Shown here: in pieces, positions 1 through 20,181 of the stretch
Position numbering within the stretch: the stretch's first letter is position 1
Layout of the letters: every line of letters starts with the position of its first letter
From: the human T2T-CHM13v2.0 reference genome, Homo sapiens
Direction: 5' to 3' (one strand)
Length of the DNA stretch: 64,000 bases
Assembly: GCF_009914755.1 (NCBI RefSeq)
Contig: NC_060940.1
The notes under the pieces: model-generated
Database searches by the model: none
Told to the model about the DNA's origin: nothing
The model's input: only the letters and a program-made list of their open reading frames with translations
Position numbers and translations under genes: made by a program

Positions 1-335
1 TAAACCTTGAAAACACTGTGTCAAGTGAAATAAGTCAATCACAAAAGACCATATGTAGTAAGATTTCATTCTGTGAAACCTCCAGAACAGCTAAACTCAG
101 AGACAGAAAGTAAGCTAGTTATTGCCAGGGACTAGGGGAAAAGGGAATAAGGATGACTGCTAATGGGTATGGGATTTCTTGTGGACTGATGAAAATGGTC
201 TGAAAGTATCTAGATACCTGTCTTGTTTGTGCGATTCTGTGAACATATTATAAACCACAAAATTCTGCACTCAAGGGGTTGATTTCATGGTAGGTGAATT
301 TATCTCATTTATCTTTATCTCAATAAAGCTTTTTA
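1..335 (+). mobile_element. Old LINE-1 3' end fragment (L1MB-like)
   Basis: Typical L1M 3'UTR motifs (aagtgaaataagtcaatcacaaaagacc...agagacagaaagtaag...gttattgccagggactaggg...gactgctaatgggtatgggatttctt), ending in caataaagctttttaa. Confidence 0.75.
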
Positions 336-519
336 AAGACACTTTAAAAAGACATATCTGTATAAGCTACAAAAATAACACACTGAGAGACTAAAATGCT
401 TAATTTTTCCATTTTTCTTCTTCAGCGCAATCTCAAGTCCAAAAGTCTTTCCTTCCTATATATGCATATTTTGTCCAGTGAAACAAGAAACTCTATTAAC
501 TTTATTAGAAATAAAAAAA

Positions 520-942
520 AGCCATGTGTGCTGGCTCACAGCTGTGCTTCCAGCTATTCAGAAGGCTGAGGAAGAAGGATCACTTGAGGCCAAGACTGGG
601 AGTTCAAGACCAGCTGAGGCAACATAGCTAGATCCTGCCTTTAAAAATATTTTTTAGGCCAGGCACGGGGGCTCACGCCTGTAATCCCAGCACTTTGGGA
701 GGCCAAGGAGGGCAGATCATTTGAGATCAGGAGTTCAAAACCAGCCTGGACAACATGGTGAAACCCCATCTCTTCTAAAAATATAAAAATTAGCCAGGTG
801 TAGTGGTGGGCACCTGTAATTCCAGCTACTTGGGAGGCTGAGGCAGGAGAATTGCTTGAGCCGGGAGGGTGGAGGCTGCAGTGAGGCCAAGATCATTCCA
901 CTACACTCCAGCCTGGGTGACAGAGCAAGACTCCGTCTCAGG

Positions 943-996
<54 letters not shown>

Positions 997-2368
997 TATA
1001 CACATATATGCGTATATATATATATATATACGTATATATGTGTATATGTATATATATATTTTTTAGGTTAAAACTCTACTGAAATGAAACTAATAAAATA
1101 AAATTCAACTTAATTAAAAAATAGTTCCTGAAATATTAATTTTCAAACAATTCTATTTTAGCTTTGACTCTGAACAAAATATAAACGTCAATTTCAAAAT
1201 ATCACAAAGATTGGCTGGGGGCAGTGGCTCATGCTTGTAATTCCAGCACTTTGGGAGGACGAGGCATGAGCCTCACTAGAGGCCAGGAGTTCCAGAGCAG
1301 CCTGGCCAACATAGGGAAACCCAGTCTCTACTAAAAAAATACAACAAAAATTACCCGGGTCTAGTAACCCCAGCTACTCAGGAGGCCGAGGCATTAGAAT
1401 CACTGGAATCTGGGAGGTGGAGGTTGCAGTGAGTGGAGATCATGCCACAGCACTCCAACCTGGGCGACAGACTGAGAGTCCGTCTCAAAAAAATAAAAAT
1501 AAGGCCAGGTGCTGTGGCTCACACCTGTAATCCCAGCACTTCGGGAGGCCAAGGTGGGCAGATCACTTGAGGTCAAGGAGTTTGGGACCAGCCTGGGCAA
1601 CACAGTGAAACCTCCTCTCTACTAAAAATACATAAATTAGCTGGGCATGGTGGCACACACTTGTAATGCCAGCTACACCAGAGGCTGAGGCAGGGGAATC
1701 GTATGAATTCGGGAGGTGGAGGTTGTAGTGACCTGAGATTGTGCTACTGCACTCCAGCCTGGACGACAGAGTGAGACTCCATCTCAAAAAAAAAGAAAAA
1801 AAAAAGAAAATTTAAATTTAAAATTTAAAAAAGTCACAAAGACTACAAATACTCAGGTTTAAGCAAATTCCCACCTTTCTCGAATTAACAGTAATTCATA
1901 TTTGCTTTGTCAAAAATGTAGATATTTACCTGCCTCAACGGAATGAAATCCTAAAAGCCTAGTGTTCTCAAATGATGAAGACAAAGAAACATGCATATTT
2001 TAATTTAGAATTTTGATTCAGAATTAATTTTAACCTAGCTGGAGTATACATAATCATTTATGTATTTATTTACTTATTTAAGAGACTGGGTTTCGCTGTG
2101 TTATCCAGGATGGAATGCAGTGGCACAACCTTGGCTCACTGCAACTTGTGCTTCCTGAGCTCAAGCGATCCTCCCACCTCAGTCTCCAGAGTAGCTGGGA
2201 CTGCAAGTGCACGTTACCACACCCAGCTAATTTTTGCGGAGACGAGCCTCGCTATGTTTCCCACACTGGTCTCTAAGTCCTTGGCTCACTACAGCCTCAA
2301 GCCCCTGGGCTCAAGCAATCTGCCTCCCAAAGTGCTGAGATTACAGGAGTGAGCCACCACAACCGGCC
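520..2368. mobile_element. Alu cluster: monomer ~520-650 (+), Alus ~657-960, ~1213-1500 and ~1504-1810 (+), ~2070-2368 (-)
   Basis: Alu consensus blocks (ggctcacgcctgtaatcccagcactttgggagg; cactccagcctgggtgacagag) with poly-A tails. Confidence 0.9.
960..1060. repeat. Compound (TA)n/(CA)n microsatellite grown from an Alu tail
   Basis: tatatatata...cacacacaca...tatatata directly follows the poly-A of the Alu at 657-960. Confidence 0.95.
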
Positions 2369-2859
2369 TACTCGATAGTGTATACTAAGCAACATATACC
2401 CTGCTTTTGCCTAGAACATACTGAAAACATGGCATTAAAAACAATCACAAAAGTTGGGAGCTGAGAAAAATATACTGTAAAACAAATCTGACAGATATTA
2501 ATCTCAAGAAGCTCCTGAAAATGTCTCAAGAACTCCTATGCTGCACTCTCCCTAATAATTTAGACTTTCTACAGATATTTTCTGATCATCTACCGTGTGC
2601 CAGGCACCATGCCAGGTACCAAGATGCCATGGTGAGGTATACACAAAACCGGCTCCTGCTTGCGGGAAGCCTACTCTCTCAAACAGTGCTTGCCAAGCTC
2701 GACTGATCACAACTTGGGAGCTTGTTTAAGTTCCAAATCGGCTTCCCTGCTTAGGTGAGCCACAATCCGTGGCATTTTTATCAGGTGCTCCCAATGATTC
2801 CTACGCTCTAACGGGTTTGGGAGGAAAGGGTGGGGGTAAGCTCGAGAGCCCAGACCCAT

Positions 2860-4100
2860 CCCGTCCAGCGGGGGTCCCACCTCTAAAGTCCATGTCGCTC
2901 AGCATCCTTCCCCCTGACTAGTGGCCCAAACACAGCAGGAAGCTGAGGTGGGTGGAACGCTTTCCAAAACAGCGCTCTGTGATGAGCCACCGACAGACTT
3001 GCTCGCCTCCGGGAACGAAGAGCTCACTCCTCACAAACCCCACCAGGGAAAGGTAGCACCTGAGCCTCCCGGGCTGTGCGGACATCTGTCTCCCCGCGGG
3101 TGCCGCCTACTGCTCCGGTGGACTCCAGTCCCCAGGTTCCGCCCCACGGGGACTGGGGGGAGGGGGGAGGCGCCGCGCGCATTAGGCGCTGACAGTATAC
3201 CGACCCCCCCTCCGGTGTGCGCAGGCCAACACCCATACACACCCTCACACACCCGCACACACTCCCGTGGAAACTGAGGCAGGCAGGCGGCGGACCAGGT
3301 CCCGCCGCCTGACGGCTAGCGGCTGGGATGGAACCCGGACTGCCAGACGCCTTCCGCCTCACAGGCACTCCTCAGCCGCTGAGGCCCGGCCAGGCTCCCA
3401 CCGCCGGAGTTTCACAAAGAAAGTCTCCCGGCCCGAGCCCCTCACGCACTCACCGGCGCCGACGCCCGCGGCGACTGGGGCTCCCACCTCCTTCAGCTCC
3501 TTGCGGGGGTCGGCCCTGGGGTCGGCTTGGGCGCCGGCAGCGGCGACTGCTCCACATCCACCGGGTCCGGGCCGCGTCCGCCTCGAGCTAACGGTCCCGC
3601 CAGCTAGGCGCGCTCGCCAGTTCCGGGCGCCATGTTCCCGCTGTGCTGCTCGCCGCCGAGGCGACCCTCACTGCCCCCCAGCCACGCGCGCCCCCGCGGG
3701 CCCACACACGAACCCCGCACGCGCGCGTTCGCCGCGCCCCCTCCCTCCCCGCGCGCCCCGCCTCGCGCCCTCTGGAGCTGGCCGCTGTTCCCAGTGTCTC
3801 GCCCACCCCCGCCGGGCCCGTCCGACTCCGCGGGTGAGCGCGTGGTTCCCGGCTCGGCACCGCCGCCTGCCTCTCTGCAGACCACCCCGGACCCGACCCC
3901 TCGGCCACTTCCCCACACTGCCCCTTTCGCTTCCCCCACCACGCGGGGCCTAGGACGAGGGTCTGGGCCAAGAGGAGCTTCCCTGCAAGAAGTGCCCAGC
4001 TAAGGACGCTACTAAGGGGGCGGGATCGCCACCGTGGAGGTGTGCAAGCAGGTGCCTGCGTCCCGGAGACAGCCAGACTCAACGGAGAAGCTGAGTTGAA
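2860..4100. promoter_or_regulatory. CpG island: duplicated TTC28 promoter/exon 1 region, with a YY1 motif CGCCATGTT (3628-3636) and an ETS core TTCCGG (3621-3626)
   Basis: Very high GC and CpG density against CpG-poor flanks. It surrounds the TTC28-like exon 1. Motifs were read directly from the sequence. Confidence 0.85.
3454..3555 (-). pseudogene. TTC28: TTC28 exon 1 coding part, duplicated and disabled (ATG>GTG, in-frame TGA at 3493-3495)
   Basis: Minus strand reads VEQSPLPAPKPTPGPTPARS*RRWEPQSPRASAP versus recalled TTC28 N-terminus MEQSPPPAPEPTQGPTPARSRRRREPESPPASAP. It is 102 nt, followed by donor CCG|GTGAGT. It lies ~8 kb beyond the CHEK2 3' end, as at 22q12.1. Confidence 0.88.
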
Positions 4101-4166
4101 GTCCCACATCTCCACTAACCCTTGCGTGTTAGGGTCAGGGCTTCGGGACTTGTTTCTCCTAAATCT

Positions 4167-4468
<302 letters not shown>

Positions 4469-4771
4469 TGTTTCTCCGAAATCTGAAGACTCAATATCAT
4501 AATCAAGAGAACGCCTCAGCACCGCGCCTAGCACTTAGTAGGTAGTGATCAAGAGAGAAGACCTCTTAAGTGGTTTTAATGGTTAAGGACCACAGGTTCT
4601 CAAGAAAGGGAAATCTCAATTCAAGTCCCGCCTCCATCTCTTGGAAACTGAGAAACCTTGAACAAGTCACTCAGAGGAGCCAAAGATCCTTGATTTCTAC
4701 ATGTGCAAAAGGGGAGTGTGGCAGTAGCACTGCACAGGGTTGACTGAGCTTTCAGGGAGATGATGACTGTA

Positions 4772-6225
<1,454 letters not shown>

Positions 6226-6544
6226 CATATCCCAGGGCCCAATGCCTGGCACACACAAAGCTGAGTTTCACTGGTGTAATTCCCACCCTATCCATCCAAG
6301 AATCCTAAAAGTTTAATGAAAGGGGCTCTGCTCCCAAAACCCTGTGGTATAAGTAGCTGGGAGGAGTTCGCCCGACTTGGGGTTTCAAGGACTCTTTCTT
6401 CCCACCTGTTTGCTTTCCTTTCTCTCCCCAAAACTTCTCTGAAAACCCTAAAGTTGGCAGAAAAATGGAGAATGTTTTCCCTACTAACAAAAAGAATCTT
6501 CAAGAGTCTCTTGGGATTTGTAAATGGTTGCATTTACTAGTCTG

Positions 6545-6873
<329 letters not shown>

Positions 6874-8036
6874 TTCTAGTTTGGTATTTTTCTTATTCAA
6901 GTAACAAGGAAAAAAAAAATAACTCCACCAAGAGTAAAACAGAAAAAAGGAACAAAACTGATAGCATGACTGAAAAGGCCTGGGGTGGTACCTCACTTCA
7001 GGCATAGCTGGATACAGGCACTTATACAAGATAAGTCTCTCTAATGTCTCGGTGCTTGCTTCCCTTTGATTACTTCATTCTCATGCAATTCTTTCCACAT
7101 AGTGGCCTGAGCAGCTCCTAACTCACATCTGCGCAAGAAAGCAGAGGCTGTTCCCCAATAGTTCCAGCCAAAGTCCCAGGACTGACTTTCACTGGACCCG
7201 TTTGGGCCACATGCCCCTGCCTGAGCCAACCACCACATCCAGCCTGGCCAGACCTGGCTTTCAGGAAGCCCCTTCAGGAAGCAGTTGGGGTCATCCCCTC
7301 CAGAAGGACATGGGGAAAACCAGAAAGTGGGAGGAGGGATGCTTCCTTCTGAAAAATAGGGATGCAATTACCACAGGAGGTGTCAGATACAGGGCTGGCA
7401 CAAACAAGAGCTATCCATGGCACCATCATGTAGGCATGCAGCAGGTCCACCATGAAGCAACCTGGCTGCTCCGCAAAATGGAATCACAGTTAATTCAGCC
7501 AATGAGAAATATCCCTCTATTTGGGTTCCCACCATTCACCCCAGGCCTGGCACGTCCCAAATTTCCTTGGTCAAAGGCAAGCAAATTACCCGCCTTTTAT
7601 GCTGCACAAAAAGCTGAAAAGATTATCTTACTTCTCTGGCTCAAGAACTTTCTATGACTCCCTCTGGCTACTTATGTGGCTCCCCCACCCTTAATGATAG
7701 AAGCCAACATTCATGAATCCCCTACCACATGCCAGGTACCTTATGGACCTGCCTCCTCCAAACAGCATAGAAGAGGTTGGTACTCTTACTGCACCCATTT
7801 TATAAATATGGAAACAAAGGCTCAGCAATTTGAGGTAATTTACCCAGAGCCAAAGTTAGGAAGTGCAGAGTTCAGATTAGCACAATATTGTTCCCGCCCT
7901 TACCATCCCAGCTCCATTTGTTCATGTTTCAAAGTCCTACACCCACCTCTAGCTAGGGGCCAGTGGGATCCGCTCCATGGCAGAAGAAGCCTCTAGGAAC
8001 CCCTTCAGCTTCTGCAGTGGTGGGGCTGGGGAGTAG

Positions 8037-8381
<345 letters not shown>

Positions 8382-8489
8382 TAATGGGGTAGGGAAAAGA
8401 ATTCCTCCAAGATAAAATTAAAGTGACGTTAGGAAAGGAAGTAGATGTTTGGTAACCTTCAATCAGCAGCTGATTTCTCCCATTGGTGA

Positions 8490-9666
<1,177 letters not shown>

Positions 9667-9721
9667 TGGAAAATATCATGAGGGGGAGTTAATACAAAAT
9701 GATCTGGAAACAGAGAAGGGC

Positions 9722-12517
<2,796 letters not shown>

Positions 12518-12918
12518 TCGGGGGGGAGAAAACAGTGGGAAAAAGGACAGCTACCATTCAACAACAACAACAACAAAAAAGCAGGACTGGAATTAACTTA
12601 TACTCACAAAGAACTTTAAAGAATAAAATTGTAATCAAGGAATCAACTACGGACCCAAATTTTAATTTTCCAACAAATTTATATTTGAGCCTCTAATAGA
12701 GTCTTTTGAAATTGCCTTGCAGGTGACCTTTTGGATGACAATCCCTAGCTGTGCTTATCTGTCTATTATGTGTTAGATATTAAACATAACCTGCATTTTT
12801 AAATCTAAGGGTGCTAGAGTGAATCAAGTTCAAAGAGAGTTTCTACTACATTATAACTGAAACAATGTTAAGCAATTATTACTCAGGAAAATCTTGAATT
12901 TCATCTCTTTACTTATCA

Positions 12919-13098
<180 letters not shown>

Positions 13099-13887
13099 CT
13101 AGAATGACAGGGCTAGCATGCCCCTGTGGAAAGAGGGAGGAAAAGATGTCCGTCCAAGAATCATCCCCTTGATGAAGCTCCCACAGCGAAGGCATTATGT
13201 GTTGCCCCCCTCTACCTTCCCAGAGGAGTCAAATTAGCAGTCAATGCTCCATCAATCCTGGCTGACTCACATCCACATGCCTAAAAGCTCTCAGTGGGTC
13301 AATCACAGCCTCCGGCAGTCAAGAGTTTCTGAATTAGCATCCCAGATCCTGAGAAAGGTGACAATCAGGGGGCCAGGGGCTGGGTCTGACTCCGTGCAGC
13401 TCCTCAAATCCTTCCAGGACAACTCTCCACCTGCTGCCCCTGCCATGAATGAGGCCAGTCACCCAGGCTGTCCTAACAACCAGCCCAGCACCCTAGGAAA
13501 ATTCACCCAGCAGATGCCATACAAATTTTCAGAAGTACTTAAGGCCACAATATCCCAGAGCTCAGGTCTAATGAGAAAGGGAGACAATAAACATAACAAA
13601 GCATTACAGCTGTTTCATGCTGCAGGAGCGGGAGATGAGGAGGGCACAGACAGTGGGTATACGAGTAGCTCCCACCTCTCTGGATGCTTACTTCTGCAGG
13701 GTTCAAGGATTTGCATTAGGAAACCCTGAGAGGTGGTCTGATGCAGCTCTCCCCAACTTCAGCAAGGTGAAAGGAACATCTATAACTAGGAATGTGGCCT
13801 TTGAGTTCTGGCCAGAAGCCCAGCTCAGCCACTCACAGGTGGCATGTGCAGAATACAGACCCAGAGTTATCTGACTCCAATGCCTCA

Positions 13888-15530
<1,643 letters not shown>

Positions 15531-16523
15531 AATTATAATATCCCTTGAAAGCAAACAGAAGAAATCCTCTATTTCAGGCAGTAAATATGAGGCAGACAGT
15601 AGATGTAAGGGATGCTCCCAAAACTGGGCACTCTGTTAATGACAAAACAGAGACCAGAATCCACATTCCCAACACTCAGTCCAGCGCCAGAACCACAAAA
15701 CCATTTGGTTTTTGTGAAAACACTGAATTTTCCCAAAATAAAACCCAAACTATCACTAACAGATGTTTTAGATGGTCAGTCTTCATCTTTGTCTTCATTC
15801 AATGCTCATTCCTCCTTTTACTGCAAAAACAAAAGGTGGCTAAAAGAGTATTCCAGGGAGATTCTGCAACGGAGTTGAACTTCACCTTCTCCTTGGTTGT
15901 TAATAAGTTTTCTTTGAGACAAAGAAGCACAAGAAAAATAGGCTATGCTTGCTCATAAATTTCAGGCAGATGCAAACCCTGTTCCCAGGCTCAACTGGCC
16001 AGCTCTGTTTTTTTGCTAGAGATGAACACAGCTCCTGTACCTCTACATTTAGAACCAAGAGTTTCCCTATTAGGACACATGAAAAGAGCCAAAAGACATG
16101 TTTCTCTTTTTCATCAAAATTAAAATCCCCACATGCAAAGGCACCCTTTGTTTCCAAACCCCCTTCCTCTAGGGTCCTGCTGTTTCAAATCTGTGTGGTC
16201 TATTAAATGCTAAATCATCTGACAGATTTCTTCTGGGGAGACTATAGTTTCCAGGGCAACATCCAAAACACATATATCTGTCTTTTTTTTTTCTTAAGTT
16301 TTTGTTGTTCTCAACCTGAGCTGGCCTGAGCAAAACTGTTAGGTGTAGAGGATTAGAACAGAGAATGGGGACAGTCTTCCCAGAGTCCCAGAAGTACGGG
16401 GCTGAGGCTGGATTTCCCAAGGAGTTCCTGGACCAGTAATCCCCAGAGAAACAGCATTTAGCTCAAGTAACAGCCTCTAGCTCAAGCTACCAGTTCTGTC
16501 CCCCATCTCCACAGAAAACGGAT

Positions 16524-16889
16524 TGATACAGTTTGGCTTTGTGTCCCTATGCAAATCTCATCTCAAATTGTAATCCCCAGGTGTTGAGAAAGGGACCTGT
16601 TGAGAGGTGATTGGCTCATAGGGGCAGTTCCCCCCAGGCTATTCTCGTGATAGTGAGTGAGTTCTCACGAGATCTGACAGTTTCATAAGAGGCTCTTCAC
16701 CCTTCACTTCCTTCACAAGCTCTCTCACCTGCTGCCATTAAGACATGCCTTCTTCCCCTTCCACCATGATTATAAGTTTCCTGAGGCCTCCCCAGCCATG
16801 TGGAGCTGTGAGTCAGTTAAAGCTCTTTTCTCTATAAATTACCCAGTCTTGGGCAGTTCTTTATAGCAGTGTGAGAACAGACTAATACA
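16524..16889 (+). mobile_element. THE1/MSTA-type MaLR solo LTR
   Basis: tgatacagtttggctttgtgtccct...aaatctcatctcaaattgtaatcccc ... tctttatagcagtgtgagaacagactaataca; TG..CA ends. Confidence 0.85.
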
Positions 16890-17456
16890 CAGACCAAAAG
16901 AAAATTAATAGAAAGGGGCATGGCTGTGCTGAATGGAACTGCTCGTTACAGAAGACCAGACATCTATCAGAAAAACCTGCCCAATGCCGTAGCTAATTCC
17001 AAAACTAAAGATTAACCCAGCAAAGCCACAATGTACTTCCAACTCTTGGCAGTTCCAAATGAGGTCAGCATTTAATAATGGCAGCCCCTAACCCTAGCAG
17101 GAGCACAGCAGTAACACAGATGAAAGGTGCAGGTGACAGCCTTCACTAAGGACACATTTACTCATCTGAATGAACAAGCAGTGGGACCCTTTATACCCAG
17201 TCACTTGGGCTTGAGAAATAGCTGGATTCTCCCCAGGGAGGCTGCCCTCCTCCCCCAGTTCCCTGATTTAAGGTTGAAGATGGCTGGAATGCACCCCACC
17301 TGTGAAGAACAGTGGACATGGCTTGGGGTAGAGCCAGAACAAGACCTCAAAAGGACACAGGCCAAACTGGAGACTCGGGGCAGCCAGGTGGAACCAGAAC
17401 AGGACATAAAGTGAGCTTGTACATCCAACAGCCATGAGTAACATCAAAAAGGTTGT

Positions 17457-17670
17457 AGCCTGGCCAACACGGCAAAACCCCATCTCTACAAAAAATACAA
17501 AAAGTAGCTGGGCGTGGTAGCATGCACCTTTAATCCCAGCTACTTGGGAGGCTGAGGCAGGAGGATCACTTGAACCCGGGGGCAGAGGTTGCAGTGAGCT
17601 GAGATTGTGCCACTGCACTCCAGCCAGGGAGACAGAATGAGAACCTGTCTCAAAAAAGGAAAAAAAAAAC
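17457..17670 (+). mobile_element. 5'-truncated Alu
   Basis: Starts at agcctggccaacacggcaaaacccc and ends in an A-rich tail. Confidence 0.85.
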
Positions 17671-17824
17671 AGGTTGTAACCCATCTGCCAAGATACTCCC
17701 CCAATACATTAAAACAATTAAACAGATTCAACAAAGTAAATATGTTTCTGTCCTCTGTCTCATGTCTCTCATGCAGCAGGGCTTCCCATGTATTTTATGC
17801 TAGCAGGCACTGTCCCACACCCAC

Positions 17825-17909
17825 CTGAAACCATGGTGTCTTAAGGCTTCTTCTGTCGTAAAACATGCCTTTGGATCCACTACCAACAACTTCTTGACAA
17901 GGTCCAGAG
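17825..17909 (-). pseudogene. CHEK2: CHEK2 pseudo-exon 13 (85 nt versus 86 nt; 1-nt deletion; R474C-equivalent codon)
   Basis: (A)[24 protein letters not shown], then CACCATGGTTTCAG|gt where CHEK2 has CACCCGTGGCTTCAG. Confidence 0.93.
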
Positions 17910-18916
17910 CTAAAGCAACAATTGGGCAAATCACAGTGAAAAGTATAAATATATTATCAGTAATAGTATGCCAGAATTAACAGGTCACCATCCAGAAAGA
18001 GCAGAGAGGGTCTGAGATCATCAGGGAGTCAGCAGACAGGGCCCCTTAATCTTCCTCATTCTCTGTATTCAGAGTACTGTGAGAAGACCAGGAATGACAA
18101 TGACACTCCCTGTCTCCTGCTGCTGGGACATCAGTCACTACCTCTTCGTTGCCTGTTCCCTCTCTTGTTGCTAGACTCGAGGTCAAACTAATTAAAGCTA
18201 AACTTCTACCCAATTCTAAGATAACTGGGATGCACAGCAAACTCTCCCTGACATCTACAGATGGATGGGTGACAGTTACTCAGCCAGGGAGAGGCTCCCT
18301 GGAACTGCAGACTTGTCAGAAATAAAACTTGACTACTCCAGCAAGCAACAAATGCACGCTGGCCTGTATATTACAACATTATTATTCCTTAAATATTCTG
18401 ACATTTAACACAATCACCTATGTTATGTTATTTGACATTTAATTTTCTACTTTCTCTTCAGGGAACTAAAGTTGCCAGGATAAATTATAAAATATAAGGT
18501 AACTAAAGACATCTAGTTTTTACACGCTTGCTTACTCAAAGGAAACCTTGTAACTAAAAAGTTACAAGTGCATTTATTTTGCTCATTAAAATAGGTACCA
18601 GGCACTTGTGTACATTATCCCTAACCCTCAAAAACCTTTTAAGGTAGGGATTATTGAGGGTCCCTTTACACAGAAAGAAATTGGAGACAGAGGTTAAATA
18701 ACTTGCCTAAGGCCACACAGCTAAGTAGTAGCAGACCCAGGACCTGAGTGCATGCTCTTAATAATTTCCAGTGCCTCTCAAATGGTGTGAAACTAACGAT
18801 AGAAAATAAGAACAGAATTGACAGGAGAAAACACCATGGAATTTGGAGAGAAACTCCCACCACAGGACACACACATTTTAGAATACCACAAATTCTTAAC
18901 CCTTTCATATTCATAC

Positions 18917-19032
18917 CTTTCTCTGAGATTTCTGCCCAGACTTTAGGAATGAAGTTGTGTTTTCCACTGGTGATCTGATCCTTCAGTGACACTTGAGTCC
19001 TATGCTCAGAGAAAGGTGGATACCCACTAAGG
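18917..19032 (-). pseudogene. CHEK2: CHEK2 pseudo-exon 12 (116 nt)
   Basis: [38 protein letters not shown] (also visible in ORF 18666..19088 -), with AG/GT intact. Confidence 0.95.
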
Positions 19033-19164
19033 CTTAATAATGGTAGAGAGAGAAAGGAAAAGAAATCAAGTGGCATTCTCAGTGGCATTCAGATATAAAG
19101 ATTTCTTTTTCAGCATAATGAAAAGTCTGATTTTTCTTTAAATCAATGGTCAAAAAGTGAGCTA

Positions 19165-19440
19165 GGCTGGGCACAATGGCTCATGCTTGTAATCCCAGTA
19201 CTTTGGGAGGCCGAGGGAAGAGGATCACTTGAGCCCAGGAGTTCAAGACCAGCCTGGGCAACATGGCAAAACCCCATCACTACAAAAAATAGAAAAATTA
19301 GCTGGGCATGGTGGTGTGCGCATGTAGTCCCAGCTACTCGGGAGGCTGAGGTGGGAGGATCACTTGACCCAGGAGGCAGAGGCTACAGTTAGCCAAGATC
19401 AAGCCACTGCATGCCAGCCTGGACAACAGAGCAAGACACA
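19165..19440 (+). mobile_element. AluJ-like element in CHEK2 intron 11
   Basis: Alu consensus with J-type gaggatcacttgagcccaggag. Confidence 0.85.
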
Positions 19441-19499
19441 TTTGTGACTTCATCTAATCACCTCCTACCAGTCTGTGAAGCAATGAAAATATTTCTTAC

Positions 19500-19637
19500 C
19501 AGATAAAAAGAATAACTCCTAAAACCCAGCAGTCCAACACAAACAAGAACTTCAGGAGCCAAGCAGGTGGGGGTTCCACATAAGGTTCTCACGAGAGAGG
19601 TCTCTCCCAAAATCTTGGAGTGCCCAAAATCAGTAAT
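19500..19637 (-). pseudogene. CHEK2: CHEK2 pseudo-exon 11 (138 nt versus 164 nt; DFG and APE motifs; M381V and Y390C equivalents)
   Basis: [34 protein letters not shown], then a deletion of the GTAGYNRAVDCW region. AG and GTAAG flanks. Confidence 0.95.
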
Positions 19638-20181
19638 CTAAAATTCAGTACAAAAGGGAATAATGTTGAACTTGTCATAAAATAAAAAGATTAACATAGT
19701 CTGCCAGTCCAAGAAGGCACGTAGGCTAGATCAGTTTCTATTGTACAATTCACACCTGCCATTAATCTGGAATCTACAGATTCATGTCTTTGCAAGTTAA
19801 GACATTTAACTTTGCTTAAATTAAAATTCCTGAGCCTAGGAATCTCAACACTCAGGCTTTCCAACTTAACCTATGTCCTCTGTAATCTTACAAAAAGCTT
19901 ATTACCTTTATCACAGACACTTCAGGATTCTAATTAGTTCTACATGTTTCTTAGACCCCACTGTCTCAAACATGGCTGCGCTATGGAATACCTGTGGAGC
20001 TTGGAAAAACATGCTTATACCTGAGTGCCACTCTCAGCTTCTGAGGTAAAGCCTGGGTATCATAAATCCTAACAAGAGATTCTAAAGTGATGCCAGGCTT
20101 GATAAACAGGGAAAGGCAGGGCATGTGATTACACTCATTCATTCATTCACCTATTCTGCTCAAAGGGAGACAGTGTCCCCA

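Noticed and set aside
4129-4140. ttagggtcaggg as an interstitial telomeric remnant
   Set aside because: Only two units, which is expected by chance.
17825-19637. Compensating frameshifts (-26 and -1 = -27) restoring a CHEK2 reading frame
   Set aside because: The shifted frame meets TAG at the second codon of exon 12 (CCT TAG), before the second deletion.
19630-19637. CHEK2 c.1100delC in the pseudogene
   Set aside because: The exon starts ATT ACT GAT, so the C is present.
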